A stretch of DNA of 64,000 nucleotides from the human T2T-CHM13v2.0 reference genome, Homo sapiens (GCF_009914755.1 NC_060927.1), one strand, 5' to 3'. Counted from the stretch's first letter, positions 1 to 14,636 are shown. The notes: generated by a model from the letters alone, not told the origin. Program-made: numbers and translations.

Positions 1-131
1 TATGATCCGAATTGCAAAATCTCACCTCATCTCATAATCTCTGCTTTGATGTTGGCTTCTTAAAATTCATTTTAGTGAAAAGTGCAAATAATTTCCAGTC
101 TCAAAGACTAGGAATCTTATATGTTTCTTTA

Positions 132-473
<342 letters not shown>

Positions 474-741
474 TTATTTCCTGTAGTCATGAATTTCTTA
501 CTGTGTAGCTATTACTCATGCCACTGTTCAAAATTAACATCTGGGAGGCAGTGTTCATAGTAAGTAAAAATGTGAATCTTAACTCTGCTGTAACTTCTCC
601 TCCTACTTCTCCTTGATTCAGTAATTATCGGTGGCTCCCATTTGTCCACTATCAGAAATTTAGCTGCATTTGCTTGTTGTTTGAAGCAAGGTATGATCTC
701 TATTTCGAGCTCTTGCCATGTCCATTTCTTTTGTCATGTGT

Positions 742-817
742 ATGTATTCCAATAAAACTTTATTTACAAAAATAGGCCTGGGCCAAATTTGGACTGCAAG
801 CCATAGTTTGCCAACCT
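742..817 (-). mobile_element. MER58A (hAT-Charlie) fragment
   Basis: TTCCAATAAAACTTTATTTACAAAAATAGG...CCATAGTTTGCCAACC is the reverse complement of the MER58A 5' end; it also matches the full copy at 55824. Confidence 0.8.
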
Positions 818-849
818 GTTATTGAGTCTTACAACCTACACCATGTCCA

Positions 850-1185
850 TTTCTGTCTCTGTCCTTCTGTTCATATTGAGCTTTCCTCCCAGAATGCCCA
901 CAGTTTTTCCTTCTGCCTGTCTCCAGCTGACCTTATCAGGCTTGGTGCAGCTCTTCCTTCCTATTTTTTTCCTAATCATGGTTACCCAAACTGGTCTATC
1001 CCTAATTTCACATCTGCCTCAATCACTAGCAGGTCTACGCAATTCTGCCTGGGATTGCACTCTCATTATTCTGTCTGTCTCATTTCCTCAGTTAGATTGG
1101 CAGTTCTTTGACCCAAAGAACAATGTCTCACATTTCTTTTATATTCCTACAATGAGCGGTACAAGTCTAGACATATAGTGGAAAT
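850..1185 (+). mobile_element. L2 LINE 3' fragment
   Basis: Degenerate L2 3' end: CTCAGTTAGATTGGCAGTTCTTTGA...TCTAGACATATAGTGG. Confidence 0.55.
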
Positions 1186-2190
1186 GGAACCATTGCATGC
1201 TTTTCACTGATATACGATGATAAAAGCTTAATAGTTTCCTATTATTTTTCATGATTTATCTTCTCTGTTTTTACAAATCCACTTCTTCTAGTTGTCACAA
1301 ATTAAACATTAGGCAGACATATAATTTCTGATTGGAATAGAAACTAGTAGATGATATTAGACCAGCATTACCTCAAAAATAATAATAAAATTAGCTGATA
1401 TTTGTCAACAACTCATCATATACCACCAAATGAAATGTAGGATTTGAGAAAACAAGCTGTTTGCCCAAAGACATGGAGCCAGTAAGCAGCAAAGCCTCTG
1501 ATGCCAGGAGACCCCTCCCAGCCACCATGCTCTGCTGCCTCCCAGCTGAATTTTGCTTCCCCGTAATCCGTGGTTCTTCACTTGGTCCTTGAAAGATACT
1601 TACATGGAAGAGGCAAAGGAAAGCATTCGGATTTTCCTTTGTTGACAGGGGCTTTGACTACAAACCTCATCGTAGAAGACCGTCATTTAGGCTGGTTCCA
1701 AGAAAGGCTTTTTGCTTTGTTTTCCAGAGATGAGAATCTAAACTGAATAATCTGTTTGCTTCTACCTTGTGCAGATCTTGGATCTTAACATTGATAGCAA
1801 AACAAAAGATGCAGAGGAAAAGGAGTGAGAGAGGCAGAAAACTCAAGAATGTTTAATTCCTTGGGGCTGTTTAGTCAATTGTGAGAAGAGGTGGAAGATG
1901 ACCTAAGACTGTTGAGGTCATGAGCTTGCCCCATTCTTGGTGAAAGGGGAGAAGATGGGGCTGGAAGAGGCCTTGAGCTTCCTGTAGATAACACCATGGG
2001 CTAAGATCTACATAGTTACAAAGGGCATGTTATTTTATGATAAAATCTGTGAACTCCAGAATGTTTGCCAGTTGGCTGATGTGGTAAAGTCCGAGGCATA
2101 TTGTCACTTAAAAGAATTTAGAGAAAAAGATATTTTGGAATAAATACCATAGTTTTATGTTAATGCTGAGTCTCCAGTTGTTTTATGTTT

Positions 2191-2499
<309 letters not shown>

Positions 2500-2587
2500 T
2501 GTTTTATGTTTAAGTAGCTAACAACCACCTTAAACCATAAATCCTGTTCCCAGAAAGAAGTCAGAAAATAGCAAACAGAAAGATGAA

Positions 2588-2986
2588 GACCCTTGAACAA
2601 CATGGGAGTTTGGGGCACCAATCCCACGCGGTTCACAATCTGAGTATAACTTTTGACTCACTACAAACTTAACTACAATAGCCTTCTGCTGGCCAGAACC
2701 CTGACTGAGAACATGCAGTCTGTTAATACGTATTTTGTATGTTATATGTATTATATACTGTATTCGTACAATAAAGTAAGCTAGAGAAAAGAAAATGTTA
2801 TTAAAAAAATTGTAAGGAACATATATTTGCTATTTGTTAAGTGGAAGTGAATCATCATATGGTCTTCATTCTCATCATCTTCATATTGAGTAGGCTGAGG
2901 AGGAGGAGGAAGAGGAGGGGTTGGTCTTGGAAGAAAATCAGCATATAATTGGACCCATGCATTTCAAACCCATGTTGTTCAGGGTA
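2588..2986 (-). mobile_element. Tigger2a (TcMar-Tigger) non-autonomous DNA transposon
   Basis: TIRs GACCCTTGAACAACA...TGTTGTTCAGGGT; internal TAAAGTAAGCTAGAGAAAAGAAAATGTTATT and GAGTAGGCTGAGGAGGAGGAGGAAGAGGAGGGG. Confidence 0.85.
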
Positions 2987-5008
2987 ATGGAAATGACAAA
3001 CAATGAAATTTTAGTAATTTATAAAAGTAAAAAAAGAGAAAATAATTTTGGAAAATCGTTTAATGACACAGTGAGGTGTTTCTTACTTAGATATTTTATT
3101 TTGCTAAGGTGCTAAGTTATTTTATGAAATGAAATAATGTCATTGGAAGATGATATTTACTGCTGCTCTCCAGACATTGAATATATTCTGTTTTAACTTC
3201 TGAGAACAGGATTTCTGATTTCAGGAACTAGTGTTCCTGATTTAGTGTAGTTGTTAGCCGATTGAATATAAGACAGTTTGAAGGTCAGGAATTAATTTAT
3301 TTTATTCATTTTTTTCCATTCCTTCCTTCTTTCTACTTTTTCCTCTGTTTCAGTCTTTCTCACTTGTCTCTCTTTCTTCCTCTATGTTTCTTTCCCACTG
3401 AAATCAAGATTTCCTGCTGGTTAGTAAAGCTTTCCTAAATATCTGAGGGTACTGCTTTAGATGACAGACTGCAGAAATATTGAAGACATATCAAGTCCCT
3501 GATCACCACAGACAAGTGGTCTAGACTAGGATTTTTTCCTCTGTCCACAACATCCTGTGGGAGGAAAATTGTTAAGATCACATAATATGATAATCTTATG
3601 GTAGCCCGAGAGATGCTGATGGAAGCTCCAAGTCTCTTTAGAGATTCATGTTGATGATCACGCAGTAAAAGGAGCAAGGGTCCTCTGAGTTTACCACACT
3701 AAGTTTCTGAACTGGTTAGCAATGTCAACCTACTTGGTGGAAATATATTAATTGGACAAAATTGTGTGATGGTGCAAGCATGACATTTTATCCTATCAGT
3801 CTTTTCTTTTTCTCTTAGCATAATGAATATTGATTAAACCCAGTTAAAGAAGCATCCCCGGATGGTGGAATAAGGCAACAAATTGAATTGGGACATCATT
3901 TTAGCACTGACTCCTGGAGGCCCAGTGCTTAAAATGAGAAAGTAGGGCTGATTCCCAGACTCTACTGGGAGTTTGTAAAATGGGTTCTTTAAAACCATTT
4001 TAACAAAGAAGTCTGCGACCCTGCAGATCACACTCCTGTTCATGATTCAGAACGTTGAGGCATTTTCATTTGCTATAATTTTCTTTGAGGTTGAGTGTTC
4101 ATAATGATTTATTTCGGTAGTTAGCTAAAATATTTGTGTCCTATTTAGACAAAGTAATGGAGAGGGAAGCATTGTGGACTTTGAAGAATGGAAATGGGAG
4201 AATTGAGCTTTAGGAAAAATGTATCATCAGCCATGTAGAAAGTGAGAATTTGGTATAGACTAATTAATTGTGACTCAATTTTTGTTCTAATACCCTTGAA
4301 GACATCAGATGTTAATCTCCTTTCTCTCCTTTGGAGAATCTACTGAAAAATTTAAGTGAGCAAGAGGTGGACTAAATTAGAGTTTTCTTGAAAGCCTTGA
4401 CTGAAATTTATCATCAAGCTTGTGCTAGGTTATCTCTCAATATACCAACCCACTAATTTTAGAAACCTTCCCTCTTTGTCATCAAAAATCAATTTAATGT
4501 CATGAAGAATCATTTTACTAAATCGAGCAAGTTGTAAAGATTGTTATGAGGGTTGGAGTAGGTTGATAGCAACAAATACTGGTTTATTTTAGAATAACAC
4601 TACCAAGGTGGATCTATGCATTTATTCTCTTACACCAAATCTATTCTTAGACCCATTCATCCCCAGATGTTGCCATCTTAGAAGCCATACATCATCAGAG
4701 TAAGGTGCTCCTATAATGTATTGCACTAATATATTGTGCAAAGGACAGCACTGATGATAAATTTCTTAAATGATGGTGCTGTCTAAGGCTAATGACTCTA
4801 AGAGCAAATGCAAGGTAATGCGGTGATTTCTTTTCGGGCCCCAGCAAAGAATACAGAAGACATCTCAAAGCCGTTTTCATTTGGGGGTAATATTGAAATA
4901 GACAGTATTTAAAAGGCCTTTGCAACACACAATTCAGCAGTATTAGGGCAAATGTGAATGGCTTTGCATTTTCAGTTAAAAGCCACTTAATACTTTACCT
5001 CGTTGAGT

Positions 5009-5195
5009 CCTTCCTTCTTGCCTGCCTGCCTGCCTTCCTTCTTTCCTTCCTTCCTTCCTTCCTTCCTTCCCTTCCTTCCTTCCGTCCCTTCCTTCCTTCT
5101 TTCCTTCCTTCCTTCCTTCCTTCCTTCCTTCCTTCCTTTCTTTCTTTCTTTCTCTCTTTCTTTCTTTCTCTTTTTCTTTCTTGTCTTTCTTTCTT
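5009..5195. repeat. Compound (CCTG)n(CCTT)n(CTTT)n polypyrimidine microsatellite
   Basis: About 185 bp of nearly pure C/T tetranucleotide repeats, seen directly. Confidence 0.95.
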
Positions 5196-5782
5196 GCATT
5201 TTAGACAGCTAAAAAACACCTCAAGTTGTTATTTGATGAGGAATAGCAGTTGAGGCCTTACTCTCTCTTTGTGGGAATGATGTGCCTTGTGCTTCTTTGA
5301 ATATGTTGTGTTTGCTTTCAGGTCTTTACTTTAGGCAGGAGATACATTCCCAAGACCATTCACACAATTGCAGCCAGAGGGGTGAACTGATGGGGAGAAT
5401 TTGTGGCTGTGAGACTCTTGTTCTTTGAAAAGATTTGTGGGTAGGTGGCAAATTCCTGTCTATGCCACAGAGTTGTGTCACATCCAGGCCCAGGAAATGC
5501 CTGGTTATGCATTAGTTGGAAAAAAATCCCTAAATTTGAGAAATTAAGAGGTAAAATGAAATATTTAATGGAAGATTTTGGTAGAAGACATTCCTTTGGG
5601 CTGTGTGGTCTATTCTCTTTGTGCTAACCACAGCAAAAACTGTGACAGAATTATTTCTTAGTCTAGGGGATGAAGCCTCTCCAAATATTTTCATTCTCAT
5701 TCTTTGGGCATACTCAAAATGAGATGTGTCTCATGTTTTTCTAGTGGTAAAAATGTCATCCACGCAGTGGAGTTTTCTCACC

Positions 5783-6012
5783 GATGATAATGATAGTAGT
5801 AAGAGGTAAAACATATTTGTCATTGCCAGCTACTGGTCTGAGTGCTTTCATACATTGCCCACTGAACTCAAGCAGGTACAGTTGTTAAGCCCATTTGACA
5901 AGTGAGCAGTCTGGGCTTAGAGAGATTAAGACACTTGTTCCGGGTGACTAGGAGATCTGGTATTTGGACGATATGACTCCTGTGTCCATGAGCTAAACCA
6001 TTATACCATATT
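5783..6012 (-). mobile_element. MIR SINE
   Basis: Reverse MIR core CCCATTTGACAAGTGAGCAGTCTGGGCTTAGAGAGATTAAG; ends CTAAACCATTATACCATA. Confidence 0.65.
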
Positions 6013-6420
6013 GCAGGTGCATGTAATTTAAAATTAATCCTGTGTCTTCTTCTGCATCACAGCATGTGATAGGAAGTATCAAGTCATAGACTGGACTTGA
6101 AAATAAATAATTTCATTGCCCAGTGCATTGGTTTTTATCAGAATAATACACTTAACCCGTCCTTCTTTTCAGCCAGACACATACATAATAATAAGAGTAA
6201 TTCTCTCCTCTTTGACTGGATGTCATATCAAATTTTAAAGTCTTTTAAACATACCATTATGCCTAATCTTTGAACAATGGATGAGACCAATGTGGAACCT
6301 TTTCTTAGTTTAATGTCCCTTCAAAGTTCTCTTCTCTCTGTTGAGAGCTAGAATAGTGCTTCTAAACCTCCCATTTAGCCAGAAAGTAGCATTATCTTTC
6401 TATTAATTATCCCTTAATTT

Positions 6421-6718
<298 letters not shown>

Positions 6719-7409
6719 GCCCTTAATTTGTTGGTGAAAATAGCTGCTTATTGAATTAGGTCCTTTGGGGTATAATTTTAACTTCCAATAGGAAGAATTG
6801 GTTGAAATCCTTGCTTTTTACTATTTGAGTATCGTTTGCATTAGAAATCATTTCTCTGTCCATTACTTGAGAGATTCTCACTTCTAGAATCGTTTTCTTG
6901 AATTCATATTTATTCCAGCTTCCTCCATTGTAAAGAAAAGAACTTGATTTCAATGATACTTTTAAATGAATTTAATCTTGATTCATACTCTGTGGAATAT
7001 TTGTCTTGTATGAGTGCTAGTAAGAGAGAAATTGGCATGACAATGTAAAGCTTGGTTTAATATTTTTGCCAATAAATTTGTCCAGATGTGAATAAGAAAA
7101 GTTAAATAAATAATAAAAATAGCTGAGTGTTTAGTGTTATCAAATCAAATGTTTATAAAATTTTAAAAAATTTCACACATTATTTATTGCCCTATTCAGA
7201 TTTTCTTTTTTGTTGCTTAAGTGATTGAGAGACTGGGAACTAGCGTCTAACTTTACTTTTCTTCTTTGTCAATTTTCTTTAAGATGGAAGGACATTGCTG
7301 GCCACCTTAAGAGACTAGATTAAGCAACCAGTTCTGATGGGTGATCATCTTGCTTCACTTTCTACAAATATAACCAGATAGCTAAGAACAAATAGCTAAT
7401 ATTTTCAAA

Positions 7410-7635
7410 AGATAACTACAGCTGTTGAGTCCTGACCATATGCCACACATGCTATTAGGTGATTCTACATCATTATCTCACTTATGTCTGACATCAGTAT
7501 CCTGAGGTGGTTATTAATGGCCTCATTTTTCAAATAAGGAAACTGAGGCTCGGGAATTTTAAATGAACTCCATAGGTCTGTAAGTGGTGGAAGTGAATTT
7601 TAAGCATGTGTTTGTCTAACACCAAAACCCAATGC
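7410..7635 (-). mobile_element. MIR SINE
   Basis: Core CCTCATTTTTCAAATAAGGAAACTGAGGCTC. Confidence 0.7.
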
Positions 7636-8503
7636 AAAAACAATGAAAATAAATAATCCAATTCAAAAATGGGCAAAGGACGTGAATAGACATTTGTCCA
7701 TAGGATATATACAGATGGCCAGTACACATATGAAAAGATGCTCAACTCAACATTGTTAGTCATTAGGAAAATGCAAATCAACACCAAAATAAGATACCAC
7801 TTCACACTCATTATGTTGGCTATTATTTTTTAAAAAAGAAAATAACAATTGTTGGCAAAGATACAGAGAAATTGGAACTCTTGTGCATTGCTGGTGAGGC
7901 GTAAAATTGTACAGGTGCTGTGAAAAACAGTTCAGCAATTTCTCCAAATTGAACATAGATTTACTATGTGGTCCAGCAATTCCACTCCTAGGTACATACC
8001 CAAAGGAATTAAAAACAAGGACTCAAACAGTTCTTGTAAAAAGGTTGATGGCAACATTATCCACAATAGCCAAAAGGTGGAAACAACCTGTGTCCATCAA
8101 CAGAAGAATTCGTAAACAAAATGCAGTATATACATGCAATACAATATTATTTTTCCATAAAAAGGAATGAAATTCTGATACATGCTACAACATAAATGAA
8201 CCTTAAAAACATTGCACTGAATGAAATAAGCCAGACAAAGGACAAATATGGTATGATTCCACTTATATGAGGTACCTATAATAGGTAAATTCATAGACAT
8301 GGAAAATAGGATAGAGATTACCAGGGTTTGGGGGAGATAGGGGGTATGGAGAGTTATTTAATGGGTACAAAGTTTCCATTTGGGTTGGTGAAAAATTTCT
8401 GGAAATAGAGCGATGGTTGCACAGCATTGTGAATGCACTTAGTGCCACTGAATTGTACACTTACAATTGTTAAAACAGTAAATTTTATGTTATGTATAAC
8501 ACA
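7636..8503 (+). mobile_element. L1MB-type LINE-1 3' fragment (ORF2 C-terminus remnant plus 3' UTR)
   Basis: AAAAATGGGCAAAGGACGTGAATAGACATTT; the ORF at 7907-8170 reads PAIPLLGTYPKELK...TIAKRWKQP, matching the L1 ORF2p C-terminus; 3' end GCCACTGAATTGTACACTTA...AATTTTATGTTATGT is typical of L1MB. Confidence 0.9.
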
Positions 8504-9629
8504 CAGGAGAGGGTGAAATATTTCTGGGCAAAGAAAAGACTAGGTAAGAACTGAAATGTAAAGCTAAGTATAGGCATTGCTTAAAATTGTAGTGACTATC
8601 AGTTTTAACAGATGGCAAACATTTTTGCAGGAAAAAAAAATCCTTATTTTAGGTGTATGCCTGATTAGTGGGATTTGGTTAGCTTTTCTAAATGAAACCA
8701 ACTTGGTCTTCCAAGAGAATTCGATGATGAGACATTAAAACACTGTAGACCGACAGAGTTTGTAATGGCAGAGTGGTTCTTCATGCTTAAGAATAAATAC
8801 AGCCATCAGCACAGTACCAGGCTCACAGTAAGCATGCAACAAAGAGTTGTTGAATGGAACACCTAAAATTATCAAAAAGCAACAGCTATGTAATAATTTC
8901 AAGTTAATGGTAAAGATTACTTATGAGTTGTGTTTTACACATTTTTGTGTGCAATGCACATTTTTCCCTAACCATAAGTTTTATAAAATGGAAAAATAAT
9001 GCAAACTGGCACACTCAATCAAAGGCACTGGAATTCTATTTTTAAATTTATAGGAATTTGGGAACATGATTCTTTTAGGGATGAGAGCTGCCTAGAATTA
9101 GGATGAGGCTGTTATTTTGATCAGCCAATTAACATTTCTAGGCTGCCCTCTGAACAGCCACCCATATTTGTATTGAATTTATGTCAGAGTACATCAAGCA
9201 AACAGGAGGAGAAGGGTACAGGCAAAAAAAATCTTTTAAATTAATTTGAATAAGTCTGGAATAGAAAAAAAATAGCCACTTGCTTAAATTATTTTAAAGG
9301 TAACTCTTTATTGATTGAGTTTATAGCAACAAAGATTTGATAAAAATATAGTAAAGATGTATTGAACCGTGAATTTTAAACTCCTTCAGCCTAGAGGATT
9401 TTGCTTTCTCTGTCTCCTTTACTTAGTATTTCTTAAATTACAAAGGCTGGGAAGAAAACAACTTTACTGTAGCATTTTGATTTGAGTGAAAAGTATTTGG
9501 TCATATATTTGACAGCTAGGGCTGCAGATCTTACGCTTTCTATTAATGAGTTGATATCCTTTTATCTGTGTTCAAAACATGTGGAGTTTGATGGTTAGTA
9601 CCATGGAATGGCTTAGGATAAGTTTTATG

Positions 9630-11105
9630 GATTGATTGATTTAACAAACATCTGAGGAACTGTGGTAGGGGCCAGCTGCTCTGCAGCAGGGTGTGTTCCT
9701 CAAGAGTTCAGAGCCCAGTGCAGGGAAGAGAGCACTAAGCCAACAACTACAATCAACTATAGGAAGTGCTGCAACAGGGCTAAGCTCAGAGGACCTTGGG
9801 AGAGCTCTTCTCTTTGGACAAATAAAGGAAAACTTCGCAATGATGTAGCAGATGCTTTGGGGGCCTTTCATAATAGCTCCTCAGTCCACTTCTGATTTCG
9901 TTGCCCAGGTGGGGGACAATTCTGACACACTGAGAGTGTGAGCTGTGCCTCTCAGCTTGTCTGTGGAGGGCTTTCTCTGAGGCATCAAGATCTGGAAGTA
10001 TAAAGTGTCCAGTTACTTAATACTCCTGGGGGTAACATCTGACGTGAGGGGATGGAAGCCAATTGACTTTAAGTAGACAATCCTGAGAAAAATTCTCCGT
10101 GGTTTTCAAAGGCCCTAACATTGTCTATAGCAATAACCTTGATAATGCAGCTTTACTTACTTTTCCTTCTTCCCTTTCTCAGTCTTCCTACCTCCCTCTC
10201 CTACTTCCTATAATCATTTCCCAAGTAAATCACCTGCACTTGAGCCCCTGATTCAGGCTGGGCTTTCATGAGAATCCAAACTAAGAGAGAATGTGGCATT
10301 TCAGCTGGGGAAGAATAATGTGAGGAGGGATTTGTTCATGGTGTATGTGGGCAGAAGGGCTGCCATAACATCACCAAGAACCATGGGGTGTTTCTTGGTG
10401 GCAGTAAAGATGATGAAGCATCAGAGTATGCTGGCCAGTGGGACCTGAGAAGGGAGAGAGACTGGCGAAATATGCTGGGATTAGTCTTGAAAAACCGTAT
10501 GAGACATAGCTAGAACTTGGGACTATCTTGCAAGTAACAGCCAGCCAGATAAAATGCTTAGCAGGGATGTCATGCATGGAGGTCAGAGACCAGAAGTCAG
10601 GCAGTTATGAGACTATTGTAACAGGCCAGGTGAGAGAGGATGAACTAGGGCAGGTCAGATATGAATGAGGAAGAGGAGACTGCTTGGAGAGAGGTGGAAA
10701 CAGTAGACTCAATGGATTTGGGGACTACATGGGGGCCGAAGGAAAGGGTGAAGTTCAAGTTGTCATCTAGCTTTTTAGCTTGGGAGATTGGATGAATGAC
10801 GATGTCTTTAGCTAGAAAATATGGAAAAAGGAGGATGTCAGAGGATGGGGAAGGACAGGAGAGAATTGGGCACGCAAAATCTGAACAGTGTCAGTTTGGG
10901 ATATGTCCTCTGGAAGACTCCTATGAGCTATCCCAGTAAGATTAAATGGACAGGTGACAAGATGGATCTATATTTAGGGAGAAAAAATGGAGCTAGAGAT
11001 AGAAATTTGAAAGTTATTAACTTTTGTACTGGATACCATGGAATTAGATGAAATTGCCTGAGAATAAATGGTGAAGGGGAAGGAGAGATGGAACCAAAGC
11101 TGGGC
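9630..11105 (-). mobile_element. L2 LINE, interrupted by LTR16
   Basis: Reverse L2 tail ATTGATTGATTTAACAAACAT at 9630; the L2 body resumes after 10288 (GAGACTATTGTAACAGGCCAGGTGAGAGAGGATG, GAGATAGAAATTTGAAAGTT). Confidence 0.65.
9844..10288 (+). mobile_element. LTR16-family (ERVL) solo LTR
   Basis: Starts TGTAGCAGATGCT; 3' end TTCCCAAGTAAATCACCTGCACTTGAGCCC...GAATCCAAACTAAGA. Confidence 0.75.
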
Positions 11106-11511
11106 CGTCTGTTTGAGCATCACATAAGACATCAAATAAAAGTTTATATTAACAAAATAAAATAATCACCTATATTTCCAACACATTTCCTGGAATATAC
11201 ATTACAAAGTTGCACGATATTGCTATTCTCTATGTATGTGTATGAAGTTTGACTGTCTATAGATTTTTAAAAGGCTATATTTAGTAAAATAATTTGATGA
11301 ATATATTCACCGAAGAATGGGTTTGGCTGAATTGATTTCTTTGTGATTTTTGAACTTGTATGTAGATACTGCCATTGATAAGAGCCAAAAAAGAAAATGT
11401 TTAAGCCTGGAAACCATGCAGTATATATACCCTCCAGCAGTTTGATCTGTGGGTGATTTGAACTTAGGGCACCCCTGGAGTGCAGAGAAATGCCATCAAA
11501 ACTTTTGTTCT

Positions 11512-11813
11512 GCCAGGCGTGGTGGCTCACGCTTATAATCCCAGCACTTTGGGAGGCCACGGTGGGCTGATCACTTGAGGTCAGGAGTTCGAGACCAGCC
11601 TGGCCAACATGGTGAAACCCCATCTCTACTAAAAATACAAAAATTAGCTGGGCATGGTAGCGGGCACCTGTAATCCCAGCTACTCAGGAGGCTGAGGCAG
11701 GTGAATTGCTTGAATCTGGGAGGCGGAGGTTGCAGTGAGCCAAGATTGTGCTACTGCACTGCAGCCTGGGTGACAGAGCAAGACTCCATCTCAAAAAAAG
11801 GAAACAAACAAAA
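11512..11813 (+). mobile_element. AluSx-like SINE
   Basis: Complete dimer; TSD CTTTTGTTCT at 11502-11511 and 11816-11825. Confidence 0.93.
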
Positions 11814-11875
11814 CCCTTTTGTTCTATGGTGTTGTACCCTACACTATTAAGAGGAAATCTTAGGTTAGAATTGTT

Positions 11876-12480
11876 CTATTAATTTTTTACTGCTGTGTAA
11901 CAAATTACTGTAAACTTAGTGGCTTAAAACAATATCAATGACCTCACAGATATATAGATCAGAAGTCTGAGGGGGCTTGGCTGGATTCTCCGTTTAGGAT
12001 CTCATAAAGCCCAAATTAGGATGTTTACCTGCCTGGGATTTTACCTGGAAATTATGTGAAGGGGGGGATTCACTTCGGGCCCATCCAGGTTATTGGCAGA
12101 ATCCAGGCTGTGGTGTTGTAGGTTGAAGGTCCCTGTTTTCTTGCTGACTGTTGGTGGAGGACTGCCTCAGCCCTATTCCTTAGGGCTGTCCACATCCTGT
12201 TTCATGTGTCCCCCAGCCCCTTCTTGAAGTCAGTAACAGCACACTGAGTGCTTTTCACACTGAAAATCTATTTCTTCTACTGTTGACTAGAGAAAACACT
12301 CTTTTATAAGGCTCATGTGATTATATTAGGTGTACCCAGATAATCTTCCTACCTTCAGGTCAACTGATCAGTAACTTTAGTACACCGGCAAAGTCCCTTC
12401 ATATCAGTATATAGATTGATGTTTAATTGAATAACCAGCAGCTAGGAATCCAGGGTGGCCATTTTAGAATTCTGCCAATG
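11876..12480 (-). mobile_element. MLT1E/F-type (ERVL-MaLR) solo LTR
   Basis: TGCTGTGTAACAAATTAC...AAACTTAGTGGCTTAAAACAA; GGCTCATGTGATTATATTAGG; GGCCATTTTAGAATTCTGCC. Confidence 0.8.
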
Positions 12481-12703
12481 TTATCTAGCAATTCAGCAAA
12501 TGTTATGCAACTCCGGGAGTACCAAAAGTGACCTGTTAGTCCCTACTGACTAGACCATCACAGCCTTTTAGCCGAACCCTCCGCAGTTTCTCTTGAATTT
12601 CCTCATTTATCTATTCTGCTGATTCTGCATTCCAAAAAATTTAGGAGGCAGGCTGGTGATAACCTTTCAACTGATGATAGCGGGAAAGGAAGGAAAGTAG
12701 GGT

Positions 12704-13225
12704 CTAGTCATTTTCAAACTAATTGTTTCTGAGTCACACTCATTGTGTACAAATGTGTCTTGTGATTTGTTTATATCTATCAAAAAGAATAATTCAGTAT
12801 GATCTATTTAAAAATCCTATATCATAGGTAATGTAACTGACCAAATAAATAAAGTATAACAAAGATTAAAATACAGAATTATAGTTAGAAAGTGGGAGGA
12901 TATTGGGAAAACAATATATCAAAAATAGTACCTGAAGAAAGTTAAAATAACATGTAAGTCCAAAGGTAAGTATAGATGATTGTCTTCAATGGGCTTACAG
13001 TCAGATAAAATGGTTTTAATTTTTTTAAGCTAAATGATGATTTTTTTAGAGAAAAGCTTGTAAATAAGCCAAATATATAAAACCCTAAAAGGTGAGATAC
13101 TTGGTTTGGAATAAGGGAGAGAGGCCAATAGTCCCACACTTTCAGCTTCTTTATATGCCTCTATTCTAAGGCAAAGTCTCTTTGAGGTCCCTGGAGTATT
13201 GTAGATTCTAGTATGGAAACACCTG
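12704..13225. mobile_element. Possible degenerate hAT-Charlie DNA transposon
   Basis: Charlie-like end remnants TAGTCATTTTCAAACT...AGTATGGAAACACCTG around an AT-rich interior; family not recognised. Confidence 0.3.
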
Positions 13226-13247
13226 GGTTAGAGATGAGGGCTGACTA

Positions 13248-13800
13248 CAGTGGACATTTATAATTTCTTGGCGACCCAACATCTATCTCATGTGTCCAAC
13301 AGCCTGTATTTTCTCCTGGTGAACAAGCTCTCCCCCACTGTCTGCTCACATGGTTTGAAGGGATTGATATCACTCTCAGATGAAGGCTTTTGTTCTCATT
13401 AGCTCAATCATAAGTATGTCCTCCTAACTCAGCCACAGTGATTGTTTAAAAAAGTGGGCATATAACCCAATTCTGACCAATGAAAGTTGGACCCAGGACT
13501 TTTGTTCTAGCTTTGCAGAAAATATGCTCTTATTCTTCTACTGGACAAAAAGCTGAGAGGAAATAGGTCTGCTATAGCCATGTGACTGCCACTGTGGGAG
13601 AACCTGTCTCATAATGAATTCAACCCATAGAACAAAGCCAGGATGAGTCAAATCAAGAGCAAAGATAGGGTGAATTGCATTTTGATCATGTTTTCTGAGC
13701 ACCAGGAACCAGGATTACTCTTTAACTTTTCAGGAACATAAGCTCTTTCTGCTTGCTCTATATTAAAAAAATTGCTGTGAGGAATATTCTTAAATGATAC
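13248..13800 (+). mobile_element. MLT1K/J-type solo LTR
   Basis: GCCACAGTGATTG...GGGCATATAACCCAATTCTGACCAATGA...CCCAGGACTTTTG motif of old MLT1. Confidence 0.65.
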
Positions 13801-14087
13801 AATGACCATAATGGAAAGTCAAATTACTTTGTGCTGAATGGAGGAATCAACTAATTACTATGCAAGAGTAAAAGAAGGAAATATGATTTCTTTATTTAGT
13901 GTTGGAGGATAGGATTGTAAATAGCATAGGATGATGATTAATAGAATGTCAAAAGGTAGAGAGGAATAGAAGAGGACATTTAATAGAGGTTGAGATTAGT
14001 ACAGGAGGATGTGGTATGTTTAATATTTTCAATGCCTGGAACATAAGGTATGGTACAGGAATGGGAGTCTATGATATTCATGCTACC

Positions 14088-14636
14088 TGTAGTGAGCATC
14101 TATTGATTTGTTTTTTTTTTTCCACCCCTCCTTAAGGGAACAGCAAACCATTTCCTTTTGATTATGGCTTTACCCAATTCTATCTGGACTGCCATTCACA
14201 CTGTCCTTCCCCTCTGGCTTCAACAATTAGCCTGAGTGGTAGTCATATGATCGAAGAAGGGTCAAGCAGGGTCCTTCTCTAGAATGAAATATACAGAAAG
14301 ATGTTAAGAAATCCCTCTCAGGGCCCTAAACTGGGATGGTATAAGTTGAGGATGATTGGTTCATAACTCAATCTCCTCCTCCGCCCCGACTACTTTTATC
14401 TCCAGTGCTTATCTACAGTAGAAGAGGATGAGCCCAACAGTCTGAGGGCTGGGCCAAGAGATGGAGAGAGAAAAAGGAGGAGAAATACACACAGACAAAT
14501 CTGGTGATATTATCTCTGTTGGCTTCACCTTGGGCTTCCCAGTTATGTGAGCCATTATCCCTTAGCCTTTCTTTTCCATCTCTTAAGCTAACTTGAGTTC
14601 TGTTTCTGTCACTTGGGAAGAAGACTCCAATGCTAT
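14088..14636 (+). mobile_element. MLT1L/K-type solo LTR
   Basis: Starts TGTAGTGAGCAT; 3' GGGCTTCCCAGTTATGTGAGCCA...CTTAAGCTAACTTGAGTTCTGTTTCTGTCACTTG. Confidence 0.65.

Noticed and set aside
3650-3715. C/D snoRNA-like TGATGA...CTGA...CTGA
   Set aside because: Imperfect C box, short span, negligible terminal stem and no recognisable guide; expected by chance
4744-4783. Hairpin GACAGCAC...GTGCTGTC
   Set aside because: An 8-10 bp stem alone is within chance for 64 kb
4954-5253. Low-complexity PSFL / RKEG ORFs
   Set aside because: Open only because the microsatellite lacks stop codons
7907-8170. ORF resembling a reverse-transcriptase protein tail
   Set aside because: Frameshifted remnant of L1 ORF2p in an old 5'-truncated L1MB; not a functional CDS
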